Shown here: one piece after another, positions 29,530 through 39,039 of the stretch
Numbering within the stretch: the stretch's first letter is position 1
Layout: each line of letters begins with the position of its first letter
Source: Bdellovibrionota bacterium
GTDB taxonomy: Bacteria; Bdellovibrionota_C; UBA2361; JBGSMV01
Reading direction: 5' to 3'
DNA: 56,709 bases
Assembly (NCBI GenBank): GCA_044356455.1
Contig: JBIKWF010000014.1
Span: forward strand, 1-56,709
Notes under the pieces: model-generated
What the model was told of the DNA's origin: nothing
What the model saw: only the letters and a program-made list of their open reading frames with translations
Database searches by the model: none
Made by a program: the position numbers and the translations under genes

Positions 29530-29739
29530 ATGAGGCAGGCTCGTGCAGCAGTTTGGAGCTGTCTTGCAGGTGCAATCCTTACCTTCAAAAGGACCATGGA
29601 AAAAAATGAGGAGCTAATCAACTTCGTCGCCCGAACTGCAGAACTTCTTCAGAAGCTTTGCGTACAAGGGATCGTGAGCGAAGAACAGAAAGTGCAAATC
29701 CTTTTTCGGCTCGTACAGATTATTTTTTCTGCGAAATAG
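29530..29739 (+). CDS. Small hypothetical protein
   Basis: Short ORF directly upstream of 29756; internal AAAGGA-ATG (MEKNEEL) is a plausible start. Confidence 0.35.
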   Translation: MRQARAAVWSCLAGAILTFKRTMEKNEELINFVARTAELLQKLCVQGIVSEEQKVQILFRLVQIIFSAK

Positions 29740-29755
29740 AGAATTACGAGGTTAT

Positions 29756-31324
29756 ATGGCAGTAAGTAGAATGAAGAAAAGAGGGGCAAGCGGTCTGCAG
29801 GTCTTTGCTTTGCTTCTCGCGTTCATTTTCATGCCAATTGGAGCGGCTAAGGCGGAGGTCTTCTACTGCCAAGCATCAGGCTCTTATTTCAATAATGGTT
29901 TCCCCTTCAGTGTGTTTGGCGCCGGAGTAGACGATCTCGAGGTCAGGGCACAGACCTATGCCCTTATTGAGTGCATGCACTACCAAACACAAGGGGTTAT
30001 TATCGGAAACATTGGTGGCGGCGGGGCTCCGGGAGCTCCGTGTGTTGTTACTAGTTGCATACCCTTTCCGAATCAAGTTCCCGAAATAGTATCGCAGCCT
30101 GAGGACGTTGAAGTGGAGCGTGGTCAGAGCTTTAGTGTTTCGTGCCGGGCGATTGGGGGAGATTTACGGTACACATGGATTGTTAATGGTGAGCATCTTC
30201 CCGAGCTTGTTGGTCGAACGATTGGCTCAGACACAGCGAGCGACATTCTTGATGGGGTTCGGGTCCGCTGCCGTGCCGAAAACTCTTTAGGGTTCGTTCT
30301 GAGTGATGAGGCAACTATACGCGTGGTTGGAGAACTTCAGGCTCCCGTTATTATAGCGCATCCGACTGATATTACGGTTGATGAAGGTGGATTCTTCCAA
30401 ATGGAAGTGCTTGCCTTTGGTGGAGAGCTTAGCTACCAGACTCAATTCCGAGGGCCACAGGATGCAGATTTCGTGGATGTCCCCAATCTTACGAGCAGAG
30501 CTATCGATGTGCCCGAAGCCCCGCTTGCACTCGATGGCGTATCGGTTCGTTGGAGAGTCTTTAACAGAGTGGGGCAGGCAGTAAGTAACGCAGCCCAGAT
30601 ACGTGTAAGGACGCTAGCGACGCCTACTGCGACTGCCACAGCAACTCCAACAGCCACCGCGACGCCCACTAGGACGCCTACTCGCACGGCAACCGCCACA
30701 CGGACTGCTACCAGTACAGCCACCCGCACCCCCACAGCGACCAACACCCCGACTAGGACGCCTACTCGCACTCCGACGCGAACCGCGACTGCTAGTGCTT
30801 CACCAACCGCGACAGGTATGGCAACACGGACTGCAACTCACACCGCTACCCCGTCTCCTTCGGCAACACCGGTAGAAACTCCCTCATTTCCCCCCACGCA
30901 AGTGCCGGAAGTTACGGCAAGCCCGATACCGACTGTTGATTCTACTTCCACGCCAGCCCCGACATCCACCATGCCAAGCCCAGGGTCTACAGAGACGCCT
31001 CAGGCAACACCAACACCGACGTCCACCGCAGGTACCGTAGTGGTTCTGGACGGCGCGCGAGTAGTGGTATGCGGAACTAAGGCCACTGCCTCACTTACAA
31101 AAATTGCCGGCGCGAATTACAGAATCTCGGCCAAACGCACTACGGCTCCTCCTATGGTGCGACGCATCCGCTCCAGGTCTGCGCGCGTGGTATTAAAAGG
31201 ATTGGCGTTGGGCAAATGGCAACTAAGCTATGAGGCTCTTTTGCCATCGGGAGACACACGCCAAAGCCCAAGCGTGAAGTTCAGAATTAGAGAGAGTAGC
31301 GCTCGCTGTCCGAGGAATTTTTAA
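29756..31324 (+). CDS. Secreted Ig-like domain protein with Thr/Pro-rich linker
   Basis: Signal peptide (AAKA), two Ig I-set-like repeats (PEIVSQPEDV..C..W..C; PVIIAHPTDI), long TPTATATPTRTP tract, basic C-terminal domain. Confidence 0.8.
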   Translation: MAVSRMKKRGASGLQVFALLLAFIFMPIGAAKAEVFYCQASGSYFNNGFPFSVFGAGVDDLEVRAQTYALIECMHYQTQGVIIGNIGGGGAPGAPCVVTSCIPFPNQVPEIVSQPEDVEVERGQSFSVSCRAIGGDLRYTWIVNGEHLPELVGRTIGSDTASDILDGVRVRCRAENSLGFVLSDEATIRVVGELQAPVIIAHPTDITVDEGGFFQMEVLAFGGELSYQTQFRGPQDADFVDVPNLTSRAIDVPEAPLALDGVSVRWRVFNRVGQAVSNAAQIRVRTLATPTATATATPTATATPTRTPTRTATATRTATSTATRTPTATNTPTRTPTRTPTRTATASASPTATGMATRTATHTATPSPSATPVETPSFPPTQVPEVTASPIPTVDSTSTPAPTSTMPSPGSTETPQATPTPTSTAGTVVVLDGARVVVCGTKATASLTKIAGANYRISAKRTTAPPMVRRIRSRSARVVLKGLALGKWQLSYEALLPSGDTRQSPSVKFRIRESSARCPRNF

Positions 31325-31569
31325 CACAGCAATGAGAGAGGACTTGTATGGCAGGAGTCGAATCGAGCTTACATCGGGACTTAGAGAGGCTGAATTTCTC
31401 GAAACAGTCTAGAGCTAAAGCCAGCGGAACAAGCAACCTAAGGGTGGCGGATCTAAGGAGCTTCTGAAAAGGTCCACTTTCCACTTGTATTCCGAGTTAT
31501 CGCGGGAGAGTTGCTTGGGAAGAGAGAGATTATGGGTGTCCGATTCTATTCACAGGATTCTGTGTAGGA

Positions 31570-32970
31570 GTGTCTATGTTTGATTCTCTGCGGCCTAATG
31601 ATCAATCGGGTCCTTTGGGCCCGGACCGTGCTGCCGCCTTTAAGACCACAAACTCGGAACAGCCTGGTCCTGTTTCAGAAGCAAAAAGGATCTTTTGCGA
31701 TCAGATCGAAGAAATCATTAACGATACATTCAACGAGGTCTCTAAGCTTATTCCTCATGTCAAAGATGAATTCAAATCGCTATGCATTCATCATCTCGAT
31801 AGAGGCAAAGGGAGTGATAAAGAGCAAATCAAGAACTATAGAGAATTACTCGCGGATACGGCCAAAGCAGTCAGTGAGTTCGCAGGAATTGCACTGGACC
31901 CTCGGAGCTCCCAACGGGAACGCATGTTCGCAGTCACCCTACTTGAATCGTGCAAGGGGCCGAGAGAGGCTTTCATCCACGTCGGTGGCGCAACCTCTTT
32001 AGGCTCCGGTATCGGTAGCCATCGACGACTTGAGATCGATGGCAAAGGTGGTCAAATTGATATTCATGACGCAATAGCACACCAGATTGGGCGCTTACTT
32101 GACCTTGGTATGGAGCGCTTAAGCGAGAAAGCAAAGGATTTCGCCAAGGTGCATAAAGCGCAAGTGGAGAAGATGCCATTTGAACCCGCGGATGTCCCTG
32201 GCGCTTCGGCACGGGAGGCTTTTTTACGACTCAGCAGTCCGCTTGCCGAGAGCTTTCGAGAACTTTTTAACGGCACCATTGAAGTTAGAATTCAGGCTTC
32301 ATCCGATAACATTCGAAACGAGGCGCGAAAAGATTCAAGCTTCTTAAGACAGGTCCTTCCACTGATCGAGTATTGTGCAACCTCTGGTCGCAACTGGGAG
32401 CAATCATTAAAATTATATGCGGACCTTAACTCGAATACCTTAGAAGTTCTGTCCGCGTGTAAATCAAGAATAGAAGAGATTAATGAACAGGATATTGCGA
32501 TATCTCGTCGTGTTAATGCTTTGCCGAAAGAGGTACTTCGAAGATTTAACAACGGGACTATCGGGCCTATGGATGCCGACCGCTGGGCAAGCGGTCTCCC
32601 TAGCTCGAGAACTGTCGCCACATTCTCTGTATACAGTGTTCCGAATGCCGCCAAGGACCCCTTCTTTATAAAGTATTTGCCAGGTGACGATGAATTGCAG
32701 CCAGAACGGATATGGCTGCGCACCGCCTCTTTGGTCGAGCCTGCCCGACATTGGCTCGGTGACGATTCGCGACGGGCAATGATATCTGTCAGTACGAAAG
32801 AAGCTTTAGTAAGCAACCTGCACGCTGCGGGAGAGGACCAGGATCTTCCGTTACTTCGCAGGTGCGTTGCCGAACTTCCGGACTCAGATTTTAAAACTAG
32901 CATTCAGGAATCGATAAGATTCAAGAGCTCATGGTTGAGGCGGTTAGCCGATTTTATTTCCCTTAATTAG
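31570..32970 (+). CDS. Hypothetical protein
   Basis: 466-aa ORF with AGGAG upstream; no signal peptide or recognised motif. Confidence 0.65.
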   Translation: MSMFDSLRPNDQSGPLGPDRAAAFKTTNSEQPGPVSEAKRIFCDQIEEIINDTFNEVSKLIPHVKDEFKSLCIHHLDRGKGSDKEQIKNYRELLADTAKAVSEFAGIALDPRSSQRERMFAVTLLESCKGPREAFIHVGGATSLGSGIGSHRRLEIDGKGGQIDIHDAIAHQIGRLLDLGMERLSEKAKDFAKVHKAQVEKMPFEPADVPGASAREAFLRLSSPLAESFRELFNGTIEVRIQASSDNIRNEARKDSSFLRQVLPLIEYCATSGRNWEQSLKLYADLNSNTLEVLSACKSRIEEINEQDIAISRRVNALPKEVLRRFNNGTIGPMDADRWASGLPSSRTVATFSVYSVPNAAKDPFFIKYLPGDDELQPERIWLRTASLVEPARHWLGDDSRRAMISVSTKEALVSNLHAAGEDQDLPLLRRCVAELPDSDFKTSIQESIRFKSSWLRRLADFISLN

Positions 32971-33054
32971 TATCTAGGAAATCGCTGAAAAACCCGTGGA
33001 GCCGAAGCTCTTAGGGGCACCTTGCTACAGCGGAGAGGATTAGCATTCCCATCG

Positions 33055-33732
33055 CTCTTGTTTGCAGAGACGAATCGCTTTCTCCTCCCAAGCGGTTGAT
33101 TCAAAGAAGAAGCTATACCTTCCTGACTTTTCAGAATGTAATTACGCGAGTCTTGCCGCCTGTTTGAATGCCCAGTTTTTAGCTTTCCCACGGGCGAGCA
33201 GCATAAAACCTTTACGGCGCTTAACGAGCTTGCAGAACGTGCTCTCCATGGAGGAATTGCTAAGCGTAGCTATCTTATTGTTCTCGGGGGAGGGGTAGTC
33301 GGTAATCTCTCAGGATTCCTAGCTTCGACACTCCTACGCGGAATTCGCTTTGTGCATGTGCCTACTCCATCTCGCAGCTCGATAGCACCACGGGAGATAA
33401 GCAGGCCGTAAACACCCGGCATGGTAGCCGCAGCGATGATATCCTCACAGCTTGGACTTTGTGACCACTCATTTGTTGAGCTCCATCGAAGTATCCTTAA
33501 GTCCCATGAATTGCCGACGCGAATTCCTTCAGGCGTTTCAATCGAAAGAGTTCTTGAGACCCTCTCGTTCGATAAGAAGGAGAGGGGTGGAGAGACTCCC
33601 TTCGTTCTCTTGGCGGGGCCTCAGAGGCTTGCGTCGCGAAAGGGGTCGAGCCTTATTGCAGTTCCCTCTGTAATTATCCTCGATGTATTAAGACTTCTCG
33701 CACAGCCTTTAGCGGGATACCTCGCTGCTTAA
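33055..33732 (+). pseudogene. Degraded sugar-phosphate cyclase (3-dehydroquinate synthase / 2-deoxy-scyllo-inosose synthase family)
   Basis: Frame from 33184 reads FPTGEQHKTF...LGGGVVGNLSGFLASTLLRGIRFVHVPT; a shifted frame at 33381 reads DSTTGDKQAVN; a further shift at 33421 gives MVAAAMISSQLG...FDKK; middle of the enzyme missing. Confidence 0.8.
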
Positions 33733-33916
33733 GCCCATCCCAAATATCAAGCTACTCCGAATACCTATTCCCACCGTAAGAAAATTTCCTAGTTTAATGC
33801 TCCGTTCCTGAAATCTCACCCAATATCCCTTTTATAAGACTGGGGCGCCGGTCTCTGAAAGGAGTAAGGCGCCGTAAAAAATGGTGAGTGCATTATGACT
33901 ACTAACAACATTCAAA

Positions 33917-34315
33917 TTGGAGTTCCTTGTGAATACGTACATTATTGGTTTGTGTCAGAGAATCGGCGCCTTTAGGGCTGCTCCTACACGCATGCAGGTG
34001 CAATTCCTGCTCCTTATGACTGGGGTGTCGCTCCTAGCGATGGGAATCGCAAATGAGGCGATAGCTCAAGTGGGGGACCCGGCAGAGATAAAGTACAACG
34101 GGCAGCGACTTACGGATAGTGTCAACGCCATCCTTACCTACCTTGAGGGCAGCTTCGGCGCTCTTGTGATGGTATGTGCTGGCCTTGGCGCTATCATGAG
34201 CTCAGCATTTGGGCAGTATAAGGCCTCGCTGGGCTGTCTGATTGTTGCGATTGGGTCGTTTATCCTGCGGTCCTTTATGGATACGTTCTTTAACACGGAT
34301 GGTATCCAGGAATAA
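33917..34315 (+). CDS. VirB2/TrbC-like pilin or small membrane protein
   Basis: Long leader ending ANEAIA, then amphipathic segment and two hydrophobic helices (GSFGALVMVCAGLGAI; LGCLIVAIGSFILR); start uncertain. Confidence 0.6.
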   Translation: MEFLVNTYIIGLCQRIGAFRAAPTRMQVQFLLLMTGVSLLAMGIANEAIAQVGDPAEIKYNGQRLTDSVNAILTYLEGSFGALVMVCAGLGAIMSSAFGQYKASLGCLIVAIGSFILRSFMDTFFNTDGIQE

Positions 34316-34333
34316 GGTTAAGTGAATTCTCTT

Positions 34334-34370
34334 AGGGGGCACCCCATTTTTAGGGGCGCCCCCTTTTTTT
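34334..34370 (+). terminator. Rho-independent terminator
   Basis: GGGGGCACCCC-loop-GGGGCGCCCCC stem followed by a T run, just after the 34315 stop. Confidence 0.75.
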
Positions 34371-34449
34371 GCTCGGTGAGTTCCACGATGGAGTTCTTAA
34401 GTGGTGGTTGCATGGTTTGCATGGAACTCGCGGCAGAACTCCTCTCGTT

Positions 34450-34911
34450 CTACGGCGGGCAGTCTTTGGCGGAAACGCCCCCAATGTTACTTGCCATCCG
34501 AATCAGATAGCCGTCTGGATCCATGACGAGAAACTGTCTCACAGCAACCATCTTCCCATTAACTCGGTACTGGCGCTCCTCAAGAGGCACCTTAGGAGGG
34601 TAGTTCTGCGCGAGCAGGGAGCGATACACGGAGTCCACATCTGCAATAGTAATTTCTAGATCCAGGCCTCTTCCAAAAGGGTACTCCATGGCGCCGGTGC
34701 GCCATAACCTTTTCTCAATGAAGTCAGAATCGCTCACCGCTTCAAAGGAAGCCATTGTTTCGAGCATAAGGTGGGCACCTTCGCGGTGCACCTCTGCGAA
34801 GCCTTCTTCTGGGCGCTGGTTATAGATGGAGAACCCCAGAGTTCCCACATAGAATGAGAGACTTACTTTGAGGTCTCTAATGAAGAGTTCAGGAACAAGG
34901 GCGGGACGCAT
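34450..34911 (-). CDS. VOC/bleomycin-resistance-like glyoxalase family protein
   Basis: LVPEL..DL..SL.FY...LGF, RPEEGFA, LMLE, YPFGRG, RQFLVMDPDGYLIR. Confidence 0.88.
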   Translation of the reverse strand: MRPALVPELFIRDLKVSLSFYVGTLGFSIYNQRPEEGFAEVHREGAHLMLETMASFEAVSDSDFIEKRLWRTGAMEYPFGRGLDLEITIADVDSVYRSLLAQNYPPKVPLEERQYRVNGKMVAVRQFLVMDPDGYLIRMASNIGGVSAKDCPP

Positions 34912-35074
34912 ACATTCTCACTGGATAAGAGGGCGAGTAATTCATAGGCCATCATAACCCTTAAGGTGTTTCTTTTCTGCCTTAAGGATTCAGAGAAGAA
35001 AGCCGATGAGGTTTTCGGGGTCGCTTCTAAACATGGTGCCGTGCTTACTGGATCGGCTTTAAGAGAACCAGCCT

Positions 35075-35419
35075 ATGAATGAACCTGTGAACCAAATCTT
35101 GCAAGTAATCGCGGGTACAGGTGGCGCTTTGGTGATGGTGATTGCTGGTCTCGGAGCTCTCGTAATTGGCTCACTCGGCCCTGTTGCGGTCTCGCTCTAT
35201 GGTATCCGTGCGTACGGCATTAAGTGGTGGTGGAGCCTGGTGGCCTTTTTCGTACCCTTCGGCAATTTCGTTTTTATTGGTGTGCACTGGAAGTTCCTAG
35301 CGGTAAGACGCCTCGCCTTCGCCATTCTTGGTTGTTTTGGCGTTGCGATTGGGGCTTTCATCTTGAGGGCGTTTATTGCAACCTTTTTCCTGGACATGCC
35401 TCCGTCTGATCCGGCCTAA
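35075..35419 (+). CDS. Membrane protein, paralog of 33917-34315
   Basis: GTGGALVMVIAGLGALV and LGCFGVAIGAFILRAFIATFF align to the 33917 protein. Confidence 0.65.
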   Translation: MNEPVNQILQVIAGTGGALVMVIAGLGALVIGSLGPVAVSLYGIRAYGIKWWWSLVAFFVPFGNFVFIGVHWKFLAVRRLAFAILGCFGVAIGAFILRAFIATFFLDMPPSDPA

Positions 35420-35476
35420 AAGCAATTCAGTGTTGACTTCAAAAGGCTGCGTAGCTTTTCTAAGACGAGGCTGCCT

Positions 35477-35713
35477 CTATTCCTCTGACTCGTCGTCCTC
35501 AGAAGCCATCTCCTCAGATGCCATTGCATCTAGGGCGTCTTTTTCTTTGTCTTGAGATGCTTCCAGAGAATCAACTGCCTTATGTGCCGCAGCTACGTTC
35601 TTGCCAGCCTGAGACTTTGGCTCCCCTGTGTTCTTTGCTTCGGAGGGATTGCCATTGCAGGCGCTAAGGGAAAGTGCAGAGATGAGTAAAAGTACGGTCG
35701 CTACATATTTCAT
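35477..35713 (-). CDS. Small lipoprotein
   Basis: MKYVATVLLLISALSLSAC lipobox; GGAG RBS; acidic tail. Confidence 0.7.
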   Translation of the reverse strand: MKYVATVLLLISALSLSACNGNPSEAKNTGEPKSQAGKNVAAAHKAVDSLEASQDKEKDALDAMASEEMASEDDESEE

Positions 35714-35783
35714 ACTTAGGTCTCCATATTGCTAACAAATTCTGGTGAGCGCTTTTTTGTAAGAAATGATTGGGGCGCAAGTA

Positions 35784-37358
35784 TTAGGGGGCAAAGCCTC
35801 TCCGCATAGTATTTTCGGTCACGGTTCGAGGCTCGAGAAATTGTAGCAGGTAGTCTGGGCCACCGGCCTTTGAACCTACCCCCGACATCCTAAAGCCACC
35901 AAAGGGTTGGCGTCCAACCAGGGCTCCCGTGCAGCCGCGGTTTAGGTAGAGATTGCCTACCTTAAACTGGCGCTTCGCTTGCTCAAGATGTGCCGGGCTT
36001 CTGCTGAAGACGCCGCCAGTAAGTGCGTATTCCGAGGCGTTAGCCATCTCAAGAGCGGTAGTGAAATCAGGCGCCTGAACGCATGCGACGACCGGCCCAA
36101 AGATTTCTTCGCGCCATAGCGAGCTGCTGAGGTTTACGTCCCTAAAAATGCTGGGCGGAACAAAAAAGCCCGAAGGGCAATTCGCAGGAACCTTGCCCTT
36201 AAAAGCAAGGGTGTGTTCACGTTCAGCAAGCTCAATCACGCCAAGAATTCTCGATTGGCTCTCTGCGTCAATGACAGGGCCTATCAGGGTGGCAGGATGA
36301 GAGGCTGCTCCTACGATGAGATCCTGGGCGGCGTCAGCTAAGCGCCGAAGAAGCGGTTCGTAACAGTCGCCCACCGCGATTACGCGAGAGCAGGCCGAGC
36401 ATTTCTGGCCGCTAAAGCCAAAGGCAGAGGAAAGTATGCCCTTAATAGCCTCATCGAGGTCGGCGTCTTCGTCAACGATAATAGCATTTTTGCCTCCAAG
36501 CTCAGCGACCACTCTCTTTAGGCTGCGTTGGCCGGGCCGAACCTCGGCTGTTGAGCGCAGGATTTCAAGACCCACGGGTTTAGAGCCGGTAAACACTACC
36601 ATGTCGACGAGCGGGTGTTGTACGAGGTGCCGGCCAATTACTTCTCCGCGACCCGGAAGAAAAGCGAGAGCATTTTTGGGGAGGCCAGCTTCATAGAGCA
36701 AGAGAGCGAGTTCTTGGGCCACCGCGCCCGTTTGTTCGGATGGTTTGAGGGCTACGACATTGCCCGCAACCAGGGCCGCAGTCGCCATTCCGCAGGCGAT
36801 GGCAAAGGGGAAATTCCAAGGCGCAATAACGGCGCACACGCCGCGAGGCTGATAGAAATAGAAATTCTCTTCACCTGGAACTTCTTGGGTAAGAACAGGC
36901 GCTGCAAGTTTGCGCATGTGTTCGGCGTAGTAGTCGCAAAAATCAATGGCTTCTGCTACGTCGGCATCTGCCTCTTTCCATGATTTTCCGGCTTCGCGAA
37001 TGATGAGAGCCGAGAGCGCATTCTTTCGCTTGCGCATAAGCGCAGCGGCAGAATTCAAAATCGCGGCCCGGGATTCCGGCGCTACTGCTTCCCACTGCGG
37101 TGCGGCATGATGCAGTGATTGCACCGCTTGTTCCGTGGCTTCTAACGAAGCGAACTCGGAAACGGAAACTGTCCGAATGCCATCACTCGGATCGCACCTC
37201 TCGAATTCCTCTCCGCCTTTAAGAGAGACGCCATTTACTATCGGCCGAACGCGGAGAGGGGATACCGTCAGACGCCTGTCGAGCTCGCTGAGGCTTGCCG
37301 CAAACTTTTCACGCTCAGCGGCAATGGTAAAGTCTACAAAGGGTTCGTTCTTAAACAT
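35784..37358 (-). CDS. pruA: Delta-1-pyrroline-5-carboxylate (L-glutamate gamma-semialdehyde) dehydrogenase
   Basis: FKNEP, EAIDFCDYY, IAPWNFP, FTGS, ELGGKNA, GFSGQKCSACSR, EEIFGP, QPFGG, TENTMRRGFAP. Confidence 0.93.
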   Translation of the reverse strand: MFKNEPFVDFTIAAEREKFAASLSELDRRLTVSPLRVRPIVNGVSLKGGEEFERCDPSDGIRTVSVSEFASLEATEQAVQSLHHAAPQWEAVAPESRAAILNSAAALMRKRKNALSALIIREAGKSWKEADADVAEAIDFCDYYAEHMRKLAAPVLTQEVPGEENFYFYQPRGVCAVIAPWNFPFAIACGMATAALVAGNVVALKPSEQTGAVAQELALLLYEAGLPKNALAFLPGRGEVIGRHLVQHPLVDMVVFTGSKPVGLEILRSTAEVRPGQRSLKRVVAELGGKNAIIVDEDADLDEAIKGILSSAFGFSGQKCSACSRVIAVGDCYEPLLRRLADAAQDLIVGAASHPATLIGPVIDAESQSRILGVIELAEREHTLAFKGKVPANCPSGFFVPPSIFRDVNLSSSLWREEIFGPVVACVQAPDFTTALEMANASEYALTGGVFSRSPAHLEQAKRQFKVGNLYLNRGCTGALVGRQPFGGFRMSGVGSKAGGPDYLLQFLEPRTVTENTMRRGFAP

Positions 37359-38799
37359 AGTTAGCTACCTTAGGAGAAGGGGGCATGTGGTCTTCGGGGT
37401 GCATGGCGGGAGCGGAAAGTAGCTCCTCTATCTCATCTGAGTCAAAAAAAGTGTGCCGTAGAAAAGATTCATTAGAGGTGTTCTCAAGGAGCCTGCGAAC
37501 GAGATACCCCATGCCTACAATCATATCTCCGAGCGGAACATACATACGCACGAGGGTGCCTTGAGCAGCAAAGGCGCGCGCGATAGGTTCGGCCATCCCA
37601 AAAAGCATTTGCAGTTCAAAGTCGCGATTTGAGAGACCGCGCTCGTAGGCATAGGAGCATGCGTGAGCCAATGAGCGCACATTGTGAGAGCCAAAAGCTG
37701 GAAGAACGTGCTCGTGCTCATCAATTAATTTGCGCGTAAGTGCTTCATAATTTGCGTCACTACTTTGCTTATGGGCGTATAAAGGGGTCTCCCAGCCGTT
37801 AGCTTTCGCAGAAATAGTTTCTTGATCCCAGTACGCGCCCTTAACGAGTCGGATGGCGATCGGGGCTCCTCTGGCCTTAGCAAAGGCAAGGAGATCGTCA
37901 ACTAATTCGCCGGAGGATTTAGCATAGGCCTGCACCACGGCGCCTGGAAACGGAATGTCTCTAAATTCTGGTGAGCCAAAGACCTTCTTATAGACGGGGT
38001 AGATGATAGGGTTGTTACCGGTATCTTCTGCGTCGACATATACTTGGGCACCGACGCTGCGAGCCTTTCTCACAATGGTAGAGAGCTTATCTGAGAGCAC
38101 TTCTACTGAACGCTCAAAATTAAGAGGACTACATTGAGAATAAAGAGCAGTCAGCTTTACCGAAATACAGCAGGGGGACTGCTCACCAGGATGTCCCTCT
38201 ACTAGTGGCGTAGCCTCTGGCCAGGTTGTTTTCGCTCGGCCTAGAACTTCAAGCGCATCGAGATAGCGATCCACATAGATGTTCGCCTCTCGTTCGCTTA
38301 CAGAAAATTCTCCAAGTAGATCGACCGTAAAGGCAAGACCTTGACTCCGAAGGCTTCGCAGCGCAGGGACCGCGTCAGAGGGATTCTCTCCCGCGATGAA
38401 AAGCCCTGCCATCTGCTCAACTGAACGCTTCACTACGTACGCAACAAGGTTTCCTCTGAGGCTGCCCGGTGGGGCGCGAAGTCCCCATTGGAGAAGGGAC
38501 CCGAGCCTTTCGATGCCACGTAAATGAATATGGTGGTTGCCAAGATATTCACGGACATGGCTTGCCACGGCGGCTTGCGAGCGCAACTGAGGGAGCACAT
38601 CAACAAGGCGAAAAAGGTTTACCTTGAACCTCGGGTCCGACATGGACCAGTTCATCATCTTGGTCGCCCAAAAATTTAGATTAAAGGTGGAGGGACGCTC
38701 AGATCCAACCAATGCAAAAATTTTCTTACCCAGAGTAGTGGGGGTGACTGGTGCGGTAGAGGCGAGGGGAGTGGAGAGCTCGGGGTAGTGTATGGCCAT
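37351..38799 (-). CDS. Proline dehydrogenase (PutA N-terminal-type)
   Basis: LFRLVDVLP, TVDLLGE, ISVKLTAL, IRLVKGAYWD, FGSHN, ELQMLFGM, YLVRRLLENTSNESF. Confidence 0.92.
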   Translation of the reverse strand: MAIHYPELSTPLASTAPVTPTTLGKKIFALVGSERPSTFNLNFWATKMMNWSMSDPRFKVNLFRLVDVLPQLRSQAAVASHVREYLGNHHIHLRGIERLGSLLQWGLRAPPGSLRGNLVAYVVKRSVEQMAGLFIAGENPSDAVPALRSLRSQGLAFTVDLLGEFSVSEREANIYVDRYLDALEVLGRAKTTWPEATPLVEGHPGEQSPCCISVKLTALYSQCSPLNFERSVEVLSDKLSTIVRKARSVGAQVYVDAEDTGNNPIIYPVYKKVFGSPEFRDIPFPGAVVQAYAKSSGELVDDLLAFAKARGAPIAIRLVKGAYWDQETISAKANGWETPLYAHKQSSDANYEALTRKLIDEHEHVLPAFGSHNVRSLAHACSYAYERGLSNRDFELQMLFGMAEPIARAFAAQGTLVRMYVPLGDMIVGMGYLVRRLLENTSNESFLRHTFFDSDEIEELLSAPAMHPEDHMPPSPKVANYV

Positions 38800-38880
38800 A
38801 AAAACCTACAATTCGGCTGAAGCTTAGCGCAATTTGAAGGTGGGCGGAAGAACAGCTCACAACCGAAGGGGCCGGATTCC

Positions 38881-39011
38881 TTAAGGAGCCACTGAAAAAG
38901 TCCACTCTGTGAACTCTGTGCCCTCTGTGGTTGATTTAAATTGTTGAAAAACCACAGAGGGCACAGAGTTCACAGAGAGAAAATAAAGTATTTAGGTTTT
39001 TCAGAGGTTAC
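38881..39011. repeat. MITE-like element, copy D, with long internal palindrome
   Basis: TTAAGGAGCCACTGAAAAA ... TTTTTCAGAGGTTAC ends; internal CTCTGTGAACTCTGTGCCCTCTGTGGTT / AACCACAGAGGGCACAGAGTTCACAGAG perfect stem. Confidence 0.8.
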
Positions 39012-39039
39012 TTCGGTCAGATTTGTTAGGCCAGATTTG

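Noticed and set aside
30620..30860. Tandem DNA repeats as a non-coding array
   Set aside because: Explained by the Thr/Pro/Ala linker codons of the Ig-domain protein
32292..32903. 203-aa minus-strand ORF
   Set aside because: Antisense shadow of the longer 31570-32970 ORF
20673..35713. Prophage or conjugative element
   Set aside because: No integrase, terminase, capsid, relaxase or VirB4-like gene seen
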